Positions 39,684-49,525 of a stretch of 64,000 nt of DNA are shown one piece after another. Position 1 is the stretch's first letter. Every line of letters starts with the position of its first letter. Below the pieces are notes generated by a model. That model did not search any database. It was not told the DNA's origin and was given only the letters and a program-made list of their open reading frames with translations. The position numbers and the translations under genes are program-made. Source of the stretch: Nitrospirota bacterium (GTDB lineage Bacteria > Nitrospirota > UBA9217); NCBI GenBank assembly GCA_963754875.1, contig CAVWHO010000019.1, forward strand, positions 32,001 through 96,000, read 5' to 3'.

Positions 39684-41882
39684 ATGGATCGCAGAACCTT
39701 TTTGCAGTTAAGCGGCATCACAGCAGCCACCGCTCTTTTGGCAGGGTGCAAGTCCGCGAACGAGAAGTTGATCCCCTACCTGATCCCGCCCGATGAGGGG
39801 GTTACGCCGGGGATAGCCAACTACTATGCCAGCTCCTGCCGGTCCTGCCAGGCGGGGTGCGGCATCCTCGTGCGGGTGTCGGAAGGGAGGGCCAAAAAAA
39901 TCGAGGGGAACCCCCTCCACCCCGTTAACAAGGGAAAACTCTGCGCACGGGGGCAGGCCGCCCTTCAGGAGCTTTATCATCCCGATCGTGTACGGCAGCC
40001 GCTCAAGCGCAGCGGACCCCGCGGTTCGGAAGAATTCACGAGGATTTCCTGGGAAGAGGCGCTGACTCTGCTCGTGGGACAACTCAAGAACCTCCAGCGG
40101 GAAAAGACGACTGACCGTCTTTCCTTCATGACACCGCAGCTTGCCGGTACGCTCTCTGAACTGACGACACGCTTCATGCATTCGTACGGTTCGCCCAACC
40201 ATGTCTCATACGAACTGCTCGGTCCGGATTGGCTTCGGCTGGCCAACCGTAAAAGCTTTGGTCAGAAGAGACTTCCCTATTATGATATCAGCGAGACCCG
40301 TTATTTGCTCAGTTTCGGCGCAGATTTCGTAGAAAACCATTTATCGCCTGTTCAGTACGGCTACGCCTTCGGCAAGATGCGCCAGGGCAGGGATACGGTC
40401 CGAGGCCATTTCGCCTATGTAGGCGGCCGGATGTCTTTGACCGCTGCATCGGCTGATCGATGGATGCCTGCGAAGCCGGGAAGCGAAGGGGCGCTGGCCC
40501 TGGGTATGGCGCGGCTCATCCTTGCCGAGTCCCTTTTTGATCAAGCTTCAACCGCAGCGAACGGGCTTCACGTGGAAACACTGTTACAGGGGCTGAAGGC
40601 GTACGATCTTCCCCGTGTCGCCGAAGAGACCGGATTGGCACAGCAGGCCATTGCCGAAATTGCCCGTGAGTTCGCTACGACCCGTCCCTCGCTCGCTATG
40701 GCAGGCGAGGCAATTGCCTTTCAGAGCAACGGTTTGGAATCGGTCCGCGCAGTCCAACTCCTGAACGTGCTGGTGGGGAACATGAACCACACCGGCGGGA
40801 TCTACCCGGACAACGGGCCTTCGGATGGCCCGACCGACTCTTTTGACAGGCTTCTTCCCCTTGTCAAGAAAATGAACTCCGGCGGTATCCAGATAGCCCT
40901 GATCTACGGCGATCCTGTCCATACCGTTCCTCCGGCAACCGGTTTTCAAGAGGCGCTCTCCAAAGTCCCGTTCATCGTCAGCTTCTCATCGCTCATGGAC
41001 GATACCGCTCTTCAGGCTGATCTGGTCCTCCCCGACCACGCCGCTTTGGAGAGTTGGGGGGACGTGATCCCGCAGGCCGGAACGCGGGAAGGAGTAATCG
41101 GGCTTATGCAGCCTGTGGTGACGCCCGTGTTCGACACGCGCCAGTTCTCCGAGGTGCTGATGACAGTGGCGAGCGAACTGGGTGGGAAGATGAAGGCGGC
41201 ATTTCCCTACCCCTCCTATCTGGAAATGCTGCGGGCTGAAGTGAGAAAGCGTGCCGGCGTTTCCGGCAACAAGGATTTCGAGGCAACGTGGGTAGACCTG
41301 CTCCGCAAGGGGGGAATGTTCAAAACGAACCTTGGCCGGGTCAAAGGTTATAATTGGCTGAGAGGCGCGAGAATCCCCGAACCCGCGAAGCCCCGGTTTG
41401 CCGGGAATGAAAAGGAATTTCCGTTCCATCTTTCAATTTATCCTTCAACAGCCTTTTACGACGGACGTGGTGCTCCGCTTCCCTGGCTCCAGCAGCTTCC
41501 TGATCCGATGACCACAGCGGTCTGGGACAGTTGGGTCGAGATCAACCCCAAGACCGCTGCCGAGCTTGGAATTAACTTCGGCGATCTGGTCGAGGTAACT
41601 TCTTCTCAGGGCTCGCTGCGTGTACCCGCGGTGATCTACCCCGGTATACGTCCCGACATGGTGGCAATCCCCCTGGGACAGGGGCATAGGGACATGGGAC
41701 GCTATGCAAAGGGAAGGGGAGCGAACCCGCTTCAGCTTTTGGCGGTGACTATTGAAGGATCTGCACCTCAACCGGCGTGGAATGCCACACGCGTGCGCGT
41801 GACCCGGATTTCGGACAAGGGGGGACTCGTGACTACTGGTCATCCGCAGGGGAGCTACCGGAGCGACTTGATAGAGATATAA
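39684..41882 (+). CDS. Molybdopterin-oxidoreductase-family subunit (ActB1/QrcB-like), Tat lipoprotein
   Basis: DRRTFL twin-Arg motif plus LAGC lipobox; CRSCQAGC...KLCARG; ADLVLP..LESWGD; C-terminal WVEINP domain. Confidence 0.9.
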   Translation: MDRRTFLQLSGITAATALLAGCKSANEKLIPYLIPPDEGVTPGIANYYASSCRSCQAGCGILVRVSEGRAKKIEGNPLHPVNKGKLCARGQAALQELYHPDRVRQPLKRSGPRGSEEFTRISWEEALTLLVGQLKNLQREKTTDRLSFMTPQLAGTLSELTTRFMHSYGSPNHVSYELLGPDWLRLANRKSFGQKRLPYYDISETRYLLSFGADFVENHLSPVQYGYAFGKMRQGRDTVRGHFAYVGGRMSLTAASADRWMPAKPGSEGALALGMARLILAESLFDQASTAANGLHVETLLQGLKAYDLPRVAEETGLAQQAIAEIAREFATTRPSLAMAGEAIAFQSNGLESVRAVQLLNVLVGNMNHTGGIYPDNGPSDGPTDSFDRLLPLVKKMNSGGIQIALIYGDPVHTVPPATGFQEALSKVPFIVSFSSLMDDTALQADLVLPDHAALESWGDVIPQAGTREGVIGLMQPVVTPVFDTRQFSEVLMTVASELGGKMKAAFPYPSYLEMLRAEVRKRAGVSGNKDFEATWVDLLRKGGMFKTNLGRVKGYNWLRGARIPEPAKPRFAGNEKEFPFHLSIYPSTAFYDGRGAPLPWLQQLPDPMTTAVWDSWVEINPKTAAELGINFGDLVEVTSSQGSLRVPAVIYPGIRPDMVAIPLGQGHRDMGRYAKGRGANPLQLLAVTIEGSAPQPAWNATRVRVTRISDKGGLVTTGHPQGSYRSDLIEI

Positions 41883-41900
41883 ATCTTGGAAAGGCGTTTT

Positions 41901-42022
41901 TCGCGCAAAGCCGCAAAGAACGCAAAGGAAATCAGACAATACAAAGCTTAAATCAAAAAAATGCTGATTGGCTGTATTCTAAATTCTCAAACCCATTTGA
42001 ATTTCTTTGCGGCTTTGCGCGA
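41901..42022. repeat. Intergenic inverted repeat of CGCAAAG-type units
   Basis: Perfect 20-bp IR TCGCGCAAAGCCGCAAAGAA (41901-41920) / TTCTTTGCGGCTTTGCGCGA (42003-42022). Confidence 0.85.
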
Positions 42023-42054
42023 GACGGTTTTTTTAAGATAAGGATTTTATCAAT

Positions 42055-42774
42055 ATGGAAAAAATGACAAGTCCGTACAAATGGGGAATGGTGATCGACC
42101 TCGACCGCTGCACCGGCTGCGGCGCCTGCGTGGTTGCCTGTCAGGCGGAAAACAACGTGGCCATTTGCGAGAAAAAGGAGATCGCCGAAGGCCGCAACAT
42201 GCATTGGCTCAGGATCGAGCGATTCTGGGTGGGCGAGTACCCTGACGTGCAGGTGCGCTTCCTGCCTGTGCTCTGCCAACACTGCCACGACGCTCCTTGC
42301 GAGCCGGTCTGTCCGGTCTTTGCCAGCTACCACAACCCCGACGGCCTGAACGGCCAAGTCTACAACCGCTGTGTCGGCACCCGTTACTGCGGCAACAACT
42401 GCCCCTATGCTGTGCGTGTTTTCAACTTTCACGACCACGAGCACGCCTGGCCGCCGCCGCTCGACAACCAGCTCTCCCCGGACATCACCGTGCGTCCCCG
42501 CGGGGTGATGGAAAAGTGTTCCTTCTGCATCCAGCGGATTCGCAGGGCAAAGGAAGGCGCCAAGGCTGAGGGACGGCTGATCCGCGACGGAGAGGTGCAG
42601 CCTGCCTGCGCCCAGACCTGCCCCGCGGATGCCCTGGTCTTCGGCAACATGGCCGACCCGCAGAGCCGCGTTGCAAGGCTTTCGCGCAGCCCACGCAGTT
42701 TCCGGCTCCTGGAGCATCTGGGCACGCATCCATCGATCAACTATCTCAAGGGGGGAGGACGCGAACATGTCTGA
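42055..42774 (+). CDS. Fe-S electron-transfer subunit (ActB2/QrcC-like)
   Basis: CTGCGACVVAC, CQHCHDAPCEPVCP, CVGTRYCGNNCPY, KCSFC...CAQTCP. Confidence 0.95.
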   Translation: MEKMTSPYKWGMVIDLDRCTGCGACVVACQAENNVAICEKKEIAEGRNMHWLRIERFWVGEYPDVQVRFLPVLCQHCHDAPCEPVCPVFASYHNPDGLNGQVYNRCVGTRYCGNNCPYAVRVFNFHDHEHAWPPPLDNQLSPDITVRPRGVMEKCSFCIQRIRRAKEGAKAEGRLIRDGEVQPACAQTCPADALVFGNMADPQSRVARLSRSPRSFRLLEHLGTHPSINYLKGGGREHV

Positions 42775-44133
42775 GCATACACTCGCGGCAAAAAGCGCCG
42801 GACAGTTGAACGACGAGATGCTTTCGTCGATGCGGCCGCCGACCTGGCGGTGGTACGGGCTCGCGTTCTTTCTCGGTGTCGTGGTCGCCTGGGGGCTCGC
42901 CGCCTTCACTTACCAGGTGATGACTGACTTGAGCGTAACCGGCCTGGACCGGCCGGTCATGTGGGGAATCTATATCGCCAACTTCGTGTTCTGGGTCGGC
43001 CTTTCCCATTCCGGCACCATGGTCTCAGCCATCCTGCGCCTCTCCCAGGCCAACTGGCGCAGGCCGATCCTTCGCGCTGCCGAGGCGATGACGGTTTTCA
43101 GCATCACCGTAGCCGGTCTTTTCCCGGTCATTCACCTGGGCCGAAACTGGGTCGTCTACTATTTCATGCCCTACCCCAATCAGCGGGGACTATGGCCGAA
43201 TTTCCGGTCTCCGCTTTTATGGGACGCCACGGCCATCACGACCTATATCATCGGCAGCAGCCTCTTTCTCTACCTGGGAATGCTCCCCGATCTTGCCGTT
43301 GTCCGCGACCGGTCTACGGGCTGGCGAAAAAAAATTTATGCCGTCCTCGCCATGGGGTGGCGGGGAACGGCCCGCGAGTGGGTGGTGTTCCGCCAGGCCT
43401 CGACGCTCATGGCGGCACTTATCATCCCGGTGGCCGTCTCGGTGCATTCGATCGTTGCCTGGGATTTCGCCGTTACGGTTATCCCGGGCTGGCACAGCAC
43501 CATTTTCCCCCCTACTTCGTGATCGGCGCAATCACCTCCGGCGTGGCCGCGGTCATCACGCTCATGATCATCATCCGTCGCGTCTTCCACCTGGAGGACT
43601 ATCTCACCCCGCTTCACTTCGACAATATGGGGAAACTCTTGCTCGTCATCTGCCTGCTCTGGTCTTACGCCTATTTCGTCGAGGTCCAGACGACCTGGTA
43701 CGCCCATGAGCCGATCGAATGGGAGGTCTTCAGCTTCATGTCGGGCAAGTACACGCCGCTGCTTATCCTCATGCTTATCGGCAACTCGGTGCTACCGGTC
43801 GCAGGCCTCTGTTTCAAAAAAATCAGGCGTTCCATCAGGGCGATGCTCGTCATCACCGTTTTCGTCAACGTGGGCATGTTCATCGAGCGCTACCTCATCA
43901 TTGTGCCGTCGCTCTCTCACAAGAACATGCCCTTTATCTGGGGCAGCTACTCGCCCTCGTGGGTGGAACTCTCCGTTACCGCGGCTGCATTTGCCGGGTT
44001 TACGCTCATGTATACGCTCTTTGCAAAATTCTTCCCCATGGTGGCGGTGACCGATGTGCGGGAACTTGGGGTACGCCATACCGATGTCAGACTCGGCCGG
44101 GCAAAGGTGCATTCGATTTCGGAAGAGGAGTAA
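42767..44133 (+). CDS. NrfD/PsrC-family quinol-interacting membrane subunit (ActC-like), frameshift in the C-run at 43507-43512
   Basis: WGIYIANFVFWVGLSHSGT, RAAEAMT, HLGR, NFRSPLLWD, SVHSIVAWDFA, GWHSTIF/PPYFVIGAI, ERYLIIV. Confidence 0.92.
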
Positions 44134-44148
44134 AACGATTATGGATTG

Positions 44149-44198
44149 CACCCTGCACTCGCGCTACGCACTCGTAAGCGCGGGTGTAAACGGAATGC
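44149..44198 (+). repeat. Stand-alone core module inside a CGGAAT-type short repeat
   Basis: CACCCTGCACTCGCGCTACGCACTCGTAAGCGCGGGTGTAAACGGAATGC, with flanks like those of the 30859 copy. Confidence 0.8.
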
Positions 44199-44203
44199 GG
44201 ATT

Positions 44204-44311
44204 TTTTGGACCGAGGCCACCGTGCCAGCATCCAGCGATAATGAGTGCTATGCCGCGAATGCAGGGTGTTGCCGTAAGAGGTAACGCCGACGCGGTCGGC
44301 TTGGTCCATAA
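44204..44311 (-). mobile_element. MITE-like repeat, copy 3 (inverted relative to copies 1 and 2)
   Basis: The reverse complement aligns end to end with 39562-39666, including an identical TTACGGCAACACCCTGCATTCGCGGCATAGCACTCAT block. Confidence 0.78.
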
Positions 44312-44325
44312 AAAGGAGTAGTTGG

Positions 44326-44835
44326 ATGGAGACTCTGGGGATTTTTAAGAATGTTGAGACAGCAACCAGGGCAGTGGACGGCCTGATCAAGGCGGGATTT
44401 TCCGAGGAAATTATCACCTCGCTGACGTCTGCGCCCTATCCCGACGGTGTGCTGGTGAAGACCGTCCAGCGCACCTGGTTCCGCTGGTTGTCCGTGGGCG
44501 GCGGAATTTTCGGCGCCTGTGCGGGTTTTCTTTTGGCTGCCGGCACTGCTTATATGTATCCGGTGCAGACAGGAGACAAGCCGATCATCGCCTACTACCC
44601 GACCGGTATCATCACCTATGAGCTCACTATGCTTTTTGCCATTCTCGGGGCCATTGTTGGGATGTTCGTAGAAATGAAGCTGCCGCCGAGAAAAGGGCGG
44701 CCCTACGATCCCGCCATCGCCGAGGGGTACATCGGCATCAGTGTGTCCGTCCCTGCAGGTGACCGCAGAAACCGGGCGGAGTCCATCATGAAGGAAGCCG
44801 GCGCCCTTCGCACAACAGCAGAGGAAACTCTATGA
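44326..44835 (+). CDS. ActD-like (DUF3341) membrane subunit
   Basis: Two TM helices; YPVQTGDKPII...ITYELTML pattern; follows actC. Confidence 0.8.
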   Translation: METLGIFKNVETATRAVDGLIKAGFSEEIITSLTSAPYPDGVLVKTVQRTWFRWLSVGGGIFGACAGFLLAAGTAYMYPVQTGDKPIIAYYPTGIITYELTMLFAILGAIVGMFVEMKLPPRKGRPYDPAIAEGYIGISVSVPAGDRRNRAESIMKEAGALRTTAEETL

Positions 44836-45290
44836 AGAAATCTTTTTCTTTACTGATTATTCTGGCAGCGGCACCTTTACTGATGGCTGCGATCTGGATG
44901 GACGATCAGCAAACCTACAAACCGTACAAAGCGCCGGTCCTTTCCCCGCCTGTTGGTTCTGTGCCCGTATCGGGCAAGGAGCTCGTTTCGCCGGACTCAG
45001 AGCTGCGAAATCCCATCGCCCCCACGCAGGAATCCGTGGCCCGGGGCAAGTCACTTTTTGAAATCAACTGTCAAATATGCCACGGTCAGACCTCGGCGGA
45101 ACGCGGTCCGGTCGGAAAAAAACTCGTTCCGCCGCCTCCCGGCCTCGACCATGACATGGTGAAGGGCTTGAGCGACTCGACTATTTTCAAGGCAATAACC
45201 TTCGGATTCGGACGCATGCCCATTTTCAAGGACAAACTCCTGCCGGAAGAGCGGTGGAGTCTGGTCAACTTCCTGCGTACTCGCAAATGA
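44832..45290 (+). CDS. Monoheme cytochrome c (ActE-like)
   Basis: Signal peptide, RNPI...RGKSLFEINCQICHG, GRMP, ERWSLVNFLR; ATGA overlap with actD. Confidence 0.9.
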   Translation: MKKSFSLLIILAAAPLLMAAIWMDDQQTYKPYKAPVLSPPVGSVPVSGKELVSPDSELRNPIAPTQESVARGKSLFEINCQICHGQTSAERGPVGKKLVPPPPGLDHDMVKGLSDSTIFKAITFGFGRMPIFKDKLLPEERWSLVNFLRTRK

Positions 45291-45293
45291 GGT

Positions 45294-45313
45294 GGCCGGC
45301 GTTTTTGCCGGCC
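45294..45313. terminator. Hairpin after the act cluster
   Basis: GGCCGGC/GCCGGCC stem; no clear U-tract. Confidence 0.35.
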
Positions 45314-45598
45314 CGTTGCTTCCGTGTAGATATTGCAAAGGCCTCCCCAGGGCGAACCTAGCCCGTGTTGAGGGGAAAAGGGGTTGTCGCTGGCTGTTCC
45401 GTAACTTCAGAGACCCGAAGGTTGTTCGGCCGTATCTATCATGACAAAGTGACACAGTCCGAGACAGAATTGACGGAGCTTATTATTCGAAGCGATTGAA
45501 GTATGCGAAGAGGGCTGTTGAAGCAGATGACCGATTGGGTAACACACCGCTTTTAAAGCCGGCATGCTCGAATCGTTCGTAATCGGAAGATGGCTTCT

Positions 45599-45988
45599 TT
45601 ACGCCTGCTGCGGGCCGGTCTGCTTGAGGTAGTTGATAATGATGCTGCCGATCTCCTTAAACTGAAAGGGCTTGATGATATATCCATGGATGCCGAGCTT
45701 TGAGCAATCTATGATATCATGCTTTGTTGACAGGGACGTTGCCATGACGATTTTCGTGGTCTGGTCGTGCATCTTTTCTCGAATTTCCTTCAGCACGGAA
45801 TAGCCTGTCATGACCGGCATCACGATATCGAGAACAATAATGTCCGGTCGCCACTCCTGATAGAGACCGAGGGCCTCCTTGCCGTTCGCGGCTAAGCGCA
45901 TATCAAAAAGGTCCTCAGCGAGCCCTTTTCGGTAAAGTTCCAGCGTGTCTTTATCGTCTTCAGCTATAAGTATCTTGATCTTGGCCAT
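45599..45988 (-). CDS. Single-domain response regulator
   Basis: ILIAEDD, VLDIVMP, MATS, IIKP. Confidence 0.92.
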   Translation of the reverse strand: MAKIKILIAEDDKDTLELYRKGLAEDLFDMRLAANGKEALGLYQEWRPDIIVLDIVMPVMTGYSVLKEIREKMHDQTTKIVMATSLSTKHDIIDCSKLGIHGYIIKPFQFKEIGSIIINYLKQTGPQQA

Positions 45989-46061
45989 CCTGCTTCTCCC
46001 GACAACGACGCTTTGTAGTATAACATAATCAATGGAGGTCGGCAATCAACGGGAATTTTAT

Positions 46062-49000
46062 CTACTCGAAGGTGACCCGTACGAGATCGAGGTATTCCGA
46101 CAGCTTCGTGATCATTTTCCCGCACTCCTCATGATCGCGCTCCTTCGCCGCCTTTTCCAGCTGCCGGCCGATTTCGGTAATAGCGTCGAAGCCGTAACCG
46201 CCGCCCGACCCTTTCATGGTGTGTCCCAAAATACGGATAGTTTCATAATCACATTGCCCTGCAGCTCGCAGAAGATTCTCGACATCCACTCGTCTTTTTT
46301 GTAAATATCCGGGAACGAGATCCTGCAGCTCCTTGTCAACTCGTACATCAATGTCCTGTCTTCCCCGGGATGGTCTCCTGCCGTGATGCGCATACTGCCG
46401 GATCGAGGAGAGGAGTGCTTTTCGCGAAATGGGCTTGGTAAGACAGGTCGTGCAGCCGGCGTCCAGGCAGGCCCGGTTCTCTTCGTTCGACGTAATGCCG
46501 GTCAGTGCGATAATCGGCGTCGTGGCCGCTTGGCGGTCACGTTCCCATGCCCGAATAGACCGGCAGGCAGTGAGTCCGTCCATGACCGGCATCTGCATAT
46601 CCATGAGTACGATGTCATACTTTCCGGTCTGGTATTTATCGACCGCCACCCGGCCGTTTTCGCAAAGGTCCAGTATATACGGGAATCCGCCAACATATTT
46701 TTTTACGAGCAGCCGATTTGCTTCATCATCGTCAGCATAAAGAATGCGCATGCGGTCGTTGTCTACGGGCATTGTATTTCTGCCGGAATCGCCTCGATCC
46801 AGCACTTCGCGTACCTTGTTCGCAAGGGTCGCGGGCATCAGAGGCTTCTGGATGAGGACCAGATCGGGGTTGCCGTCGCCGCGATTTACCAGGGCATCGC
46901 CGGTGTAACCGGACATGAAAATCACTTTGATGTTGGGACGCCGCTCCCGGAGCCGATCCGCCAGCTGTGCCCCGTTTATTCCCGGCATGACAACGTCCGT
47001 GAGGAGGAGATCTATGGAGCCGGGATAGACATCACCGGTCTTCATTGCATTCTCTCCCGAGGACGCTTCGAGAAGGTTGTAGCCGAGCGGCCGGAGTGTA
47101 CTTGCCACCAGTTTCACAATGGTTGGTTCATCATCCGCCACCAGTACGGTTTCGGTGCCGCGAACGGGCACGGACTGCTTATACTCGACGGTCTTCTCCA
47201 CTCCGCGGTCGATCAGGGGGAAGTAGAGTTCAAACGTCGTGCCCTGACCCGGTTTGCTGCGGACAACAACGTGACCGCTATGCTGCTTCACAATCCCGTA
47301 TACCGTGGCGAGTCCCAGCCCCGTTCCTTTGCCCCGACCTTTGGTCGTGAAAAACGGCTCGAAAACGCGTTCTTTTACTTCAGCGCTCATGCCTGTGCCG
47401 GTGTCAATCACGGATAACAGAATAAATTGGCCATTGCCAATGTCCTGGTCATGCTCTTTGGGAGGACCGGTTTCCGCAGTCTGGATCGTGACGTGTCCCC
47501 CAACGGGCATGGCATCCCGGGCATTCACGAGCAGGTTCATCAGAATTTGCTCTATCTGTCCCACGTCTGCCACGATGTTTTTGAGTGGTTTATGGAGTTT
47601 CAGCTCCAGCACTATCTGTGCCCCGATCAGACGGCCGATCATTTTTACCATGTTTTCGATGACGGTGTTCAGATTGACGACTTTCATCTCGAGGACCTGC
47701 TTCCGGCTGAACGCCAGGAGCTGTTTCGTGAGAACCGCGGCCCGCTCGCCCGATTCACTGATGATTCTGAGGTCTTCCGCCACGGGATCGTGGTCGGACA
47801 CTTTGTTCAGCGCCAGCCTGCTGAAACCGATGATAGCCGAGAGGATATTGTTGAAGTCGTGGGCGATGGCGCCGGCCAGGCGGCCGATGGAATCCATTTT
47901 CTGTATCTGCAGAAGTTCGTCCTGCAGTTTCCGCTGCTCCTCTTCGGCTTTTTTGCGGTCCGTGATGTCCCTCACAATGTGAACCGTTCCCAGAAAGCGG
48001 CCCTGCCGGTCCGTTCGGGGAAGCGCCTTGGTTTCCAAGTACCGGTTCAGGTGGGGCTCAAACATTTCCGAAACGCTTGATGCTCCGGTCAGTTGGGTCC
48101 GGCAAGTGGCGCACGATGCAGGGGGCTTATCTAGGCCGTGGTATGCTTCATAACATTTTCTCATTTCAATGTCATGAAAAGGACCACAGAGGAGGTCCTT
48201 TGCCGCTTTGTTTGCCTGGATAATGTTGAATTTGTCATCATGGATTGTGATCGCATCATTGATGACATTGAAGGTTTCCTCCCATTCATCCCGCGCCTTG
48301 CGGATAGAGTCCTGCATCCTTTTAATGTCGTTGATCTCCTTGATGATGACTACGGCCCCGGCCAGCTTTTTTTCATTGCTCAGCAGAGGATCGGCTGAGG
48401 CCAGGACCCAAAGGTCCTTATCGGCAAGATACAATTCGCGCTCTTCATGCTTTCGGGACTGCATCATGAGGGACAGTGGGTCCCTGTGGCGTTTCATTTC
48501 ATCGCAGCGGAACAAACCGGAGAATGGTTTTCCGTTGATCTCAGCAAAGGTGCAGTTCCAAAAGACGGTCGCGGCCCTGTTAGTCCTCACAACCCGGAGG
48601 TCCTGATCGAGCAACATGATGACGTCTTTCGCGGCATCGAATATCACCCTCCATTCCGTGGAGGCGTTTTCCAGAGCTTCCTCCGCATGCGTTCGGTCGA
48701 CGATTTCTTTCTGCAGGTTATCGACGGTTTCGGTCAGTCTCTCCGTTCGTTCTGCAATCAGCTGTTCGAGCCGGCTCCGATGCTCTTCCAGGTCGAACTT
48801 GAGGCTGAGCTCACTGATGAGCCGGTTGAAGTTGATCGTGCGAAGTATCAGGGAACTCGCCAGGAGAGCGACGAGGAAGGTATTCGCAATAACAAAGGTT
48901 CGGGCGTCCGTGATCCGCTCCGAGACGAGAATTGGAGCCAGATACACGAAATAGACCGTTACCGCGTTGAGCAGGGAAAACAGGAAACTCGTGGGTAAAA

Positions 49001-49358
49001 AAATGACGACCCAGATGCCGATGAGGCCCATTCCCATGTAGTAGGGAGAAGCGTAGCCCCCTGTCTGCAGGACCATGCTTTCTACTGCTATGGACGCTCC
49101 GAGAATGCCGAGATAAACAAGATTTTTATGGAAGCGAATACCCCGATGTTTGTTTTTGATCGTAGTTAGGTAGACGGCCAGCAGACCGCCGGCAATCGAA
49201 ACCCGCCAGGCGAGAAATGTCCTGAAATTTTCCGGCGTGGTCACGAAATCCAGGCCGGCAAAGAGCATGAACAGTATTGCGCCGCCCAAACACAGGATGG
49301 GTGACCAGAACTTAAACAATTCGGCAAGGTTGTCTTCTATGTAAGAGTTCTTGTTCAT
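46062..49358 (-). CDS. Hybrid sensor histidine kinase (TM-PAS-PAS-HisKA-HATPase-REC-REC-HPt)
   Basis: AIAHDFNN, NARDAM, FFTTK..GTGLGL, two REC domains, HPt motif GHTMKGSGG. Confidence 0.95.
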   Translation of the reverse strand: MNKNSYIEDNLAELFKFWSPILCLGGAILFMLFAGLDFVTTPENFRTFLAWRVSIAGGLLAVYLTTIKNKHRGIRFHKNLVYLGILGASIAVESMVLQTGGYASPYYMGMGLIGIWVVIFLPTSFLFSLLNAVTVYFVYLAPILVSERITDARTFVIANTFLVALLASSLILRTINFNRLISELSLKFDLEEHRSRLEQLIAERTERLTETVDNLQKEIVDRTHAEEALENASTEWRVIFDAAKDVIMLLDQDLRVVRTNRAATVFWNCTFAEINGKPFSGLFRCDEMKRHRDPLSLMMQSRKHEERELYLADKDLWVLASADPLLSNEKKLAGAVVIIKEINDIKRMQDSIRKARDEWEETFNVINDAITIHDDKFNIIQANKAAKDLLCGPFHDIEMRKCYEAYHGLDKPPASCATCRTQLTGASSVSEMFEPHLNRYLETKALPRTDRQGRFLGTVHIVRDITDRKKAEEEQRKLQDELLQIQKMDSIGRLAGAIAHDFNNILSAIIGFSRLALNKVSDHDPVAEDLRIISESGERAAVLTKQLLAFSRKQVLEMKVVNLNTVIENMVKMIGRLIGAQIVLELKLHKPLKNIVADVGQIEQILMNLLVNARDAMPVGGHVTIQTAETGPPKEHDQDIGNGQFILLSVIDTGTGMSAEVKERVFEPFFTTKGRGKGTGLGLATVYGIVKQHSGHVVVRSKPGQGTTFELYFPLIDRGVEKTVEYKQSVPVRGTETVLVADDEPTIVKLVASTLRPLGYNLLEASSGENAMKTGDVYPGSIDLLLTDVVMPGINGAQLADRLRERRPNIKVIFMSGYTGDALVNRGDGNPDLVLIQKPLMPATLANKVREVLDRGDSGRNTMPVDNDRMRILYADDDEANRLLVKKYVGGFPYILDLCENGRVAVDKYQTGKYDIVLMDMQMPVMDGLTACRSIRAWERDRQAATTPIIALTGITSNEENRACLDAGCTTCLTKPISRKALLSSIRQYAHHGRRPSRGRQDIDVRVDKELQDLVPGYLQKRRVDVENLLRAAGQCDYETIRILGHTMKGSGGGYGFDAITEIGRQLEKAAKERDHEECGKMITKLSEYLDLVRVTFE

Positions 49359-49525
49359 GCGGGAATAGGAGTTCGCTGCCGGAAATCTCTAAGTCGAAAG
49401 GGAGCATAAAAAAGCGGCCTTTCGTTTCTTATCGTCAGCACGATGAAAAACTTAAATAAAATCTGCTACAATATCTCCAGAACGTGAAGAGGGAAACGAA
49501 TAAACGCAGTCATTTGTGATCTATT

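Noticed and set aside
43501..43515. Programmed frameshift or phase variation at TTTTCCCCCC in actC
   Set aside because: Short homopolymer in an assembly with many similar indels; error is the simpler explanation
28499..44311. Repeats interpreted as a CRISPR array
   Set aside because: Copies are dispersed over kilobases, with no regular spacers and no cas genes
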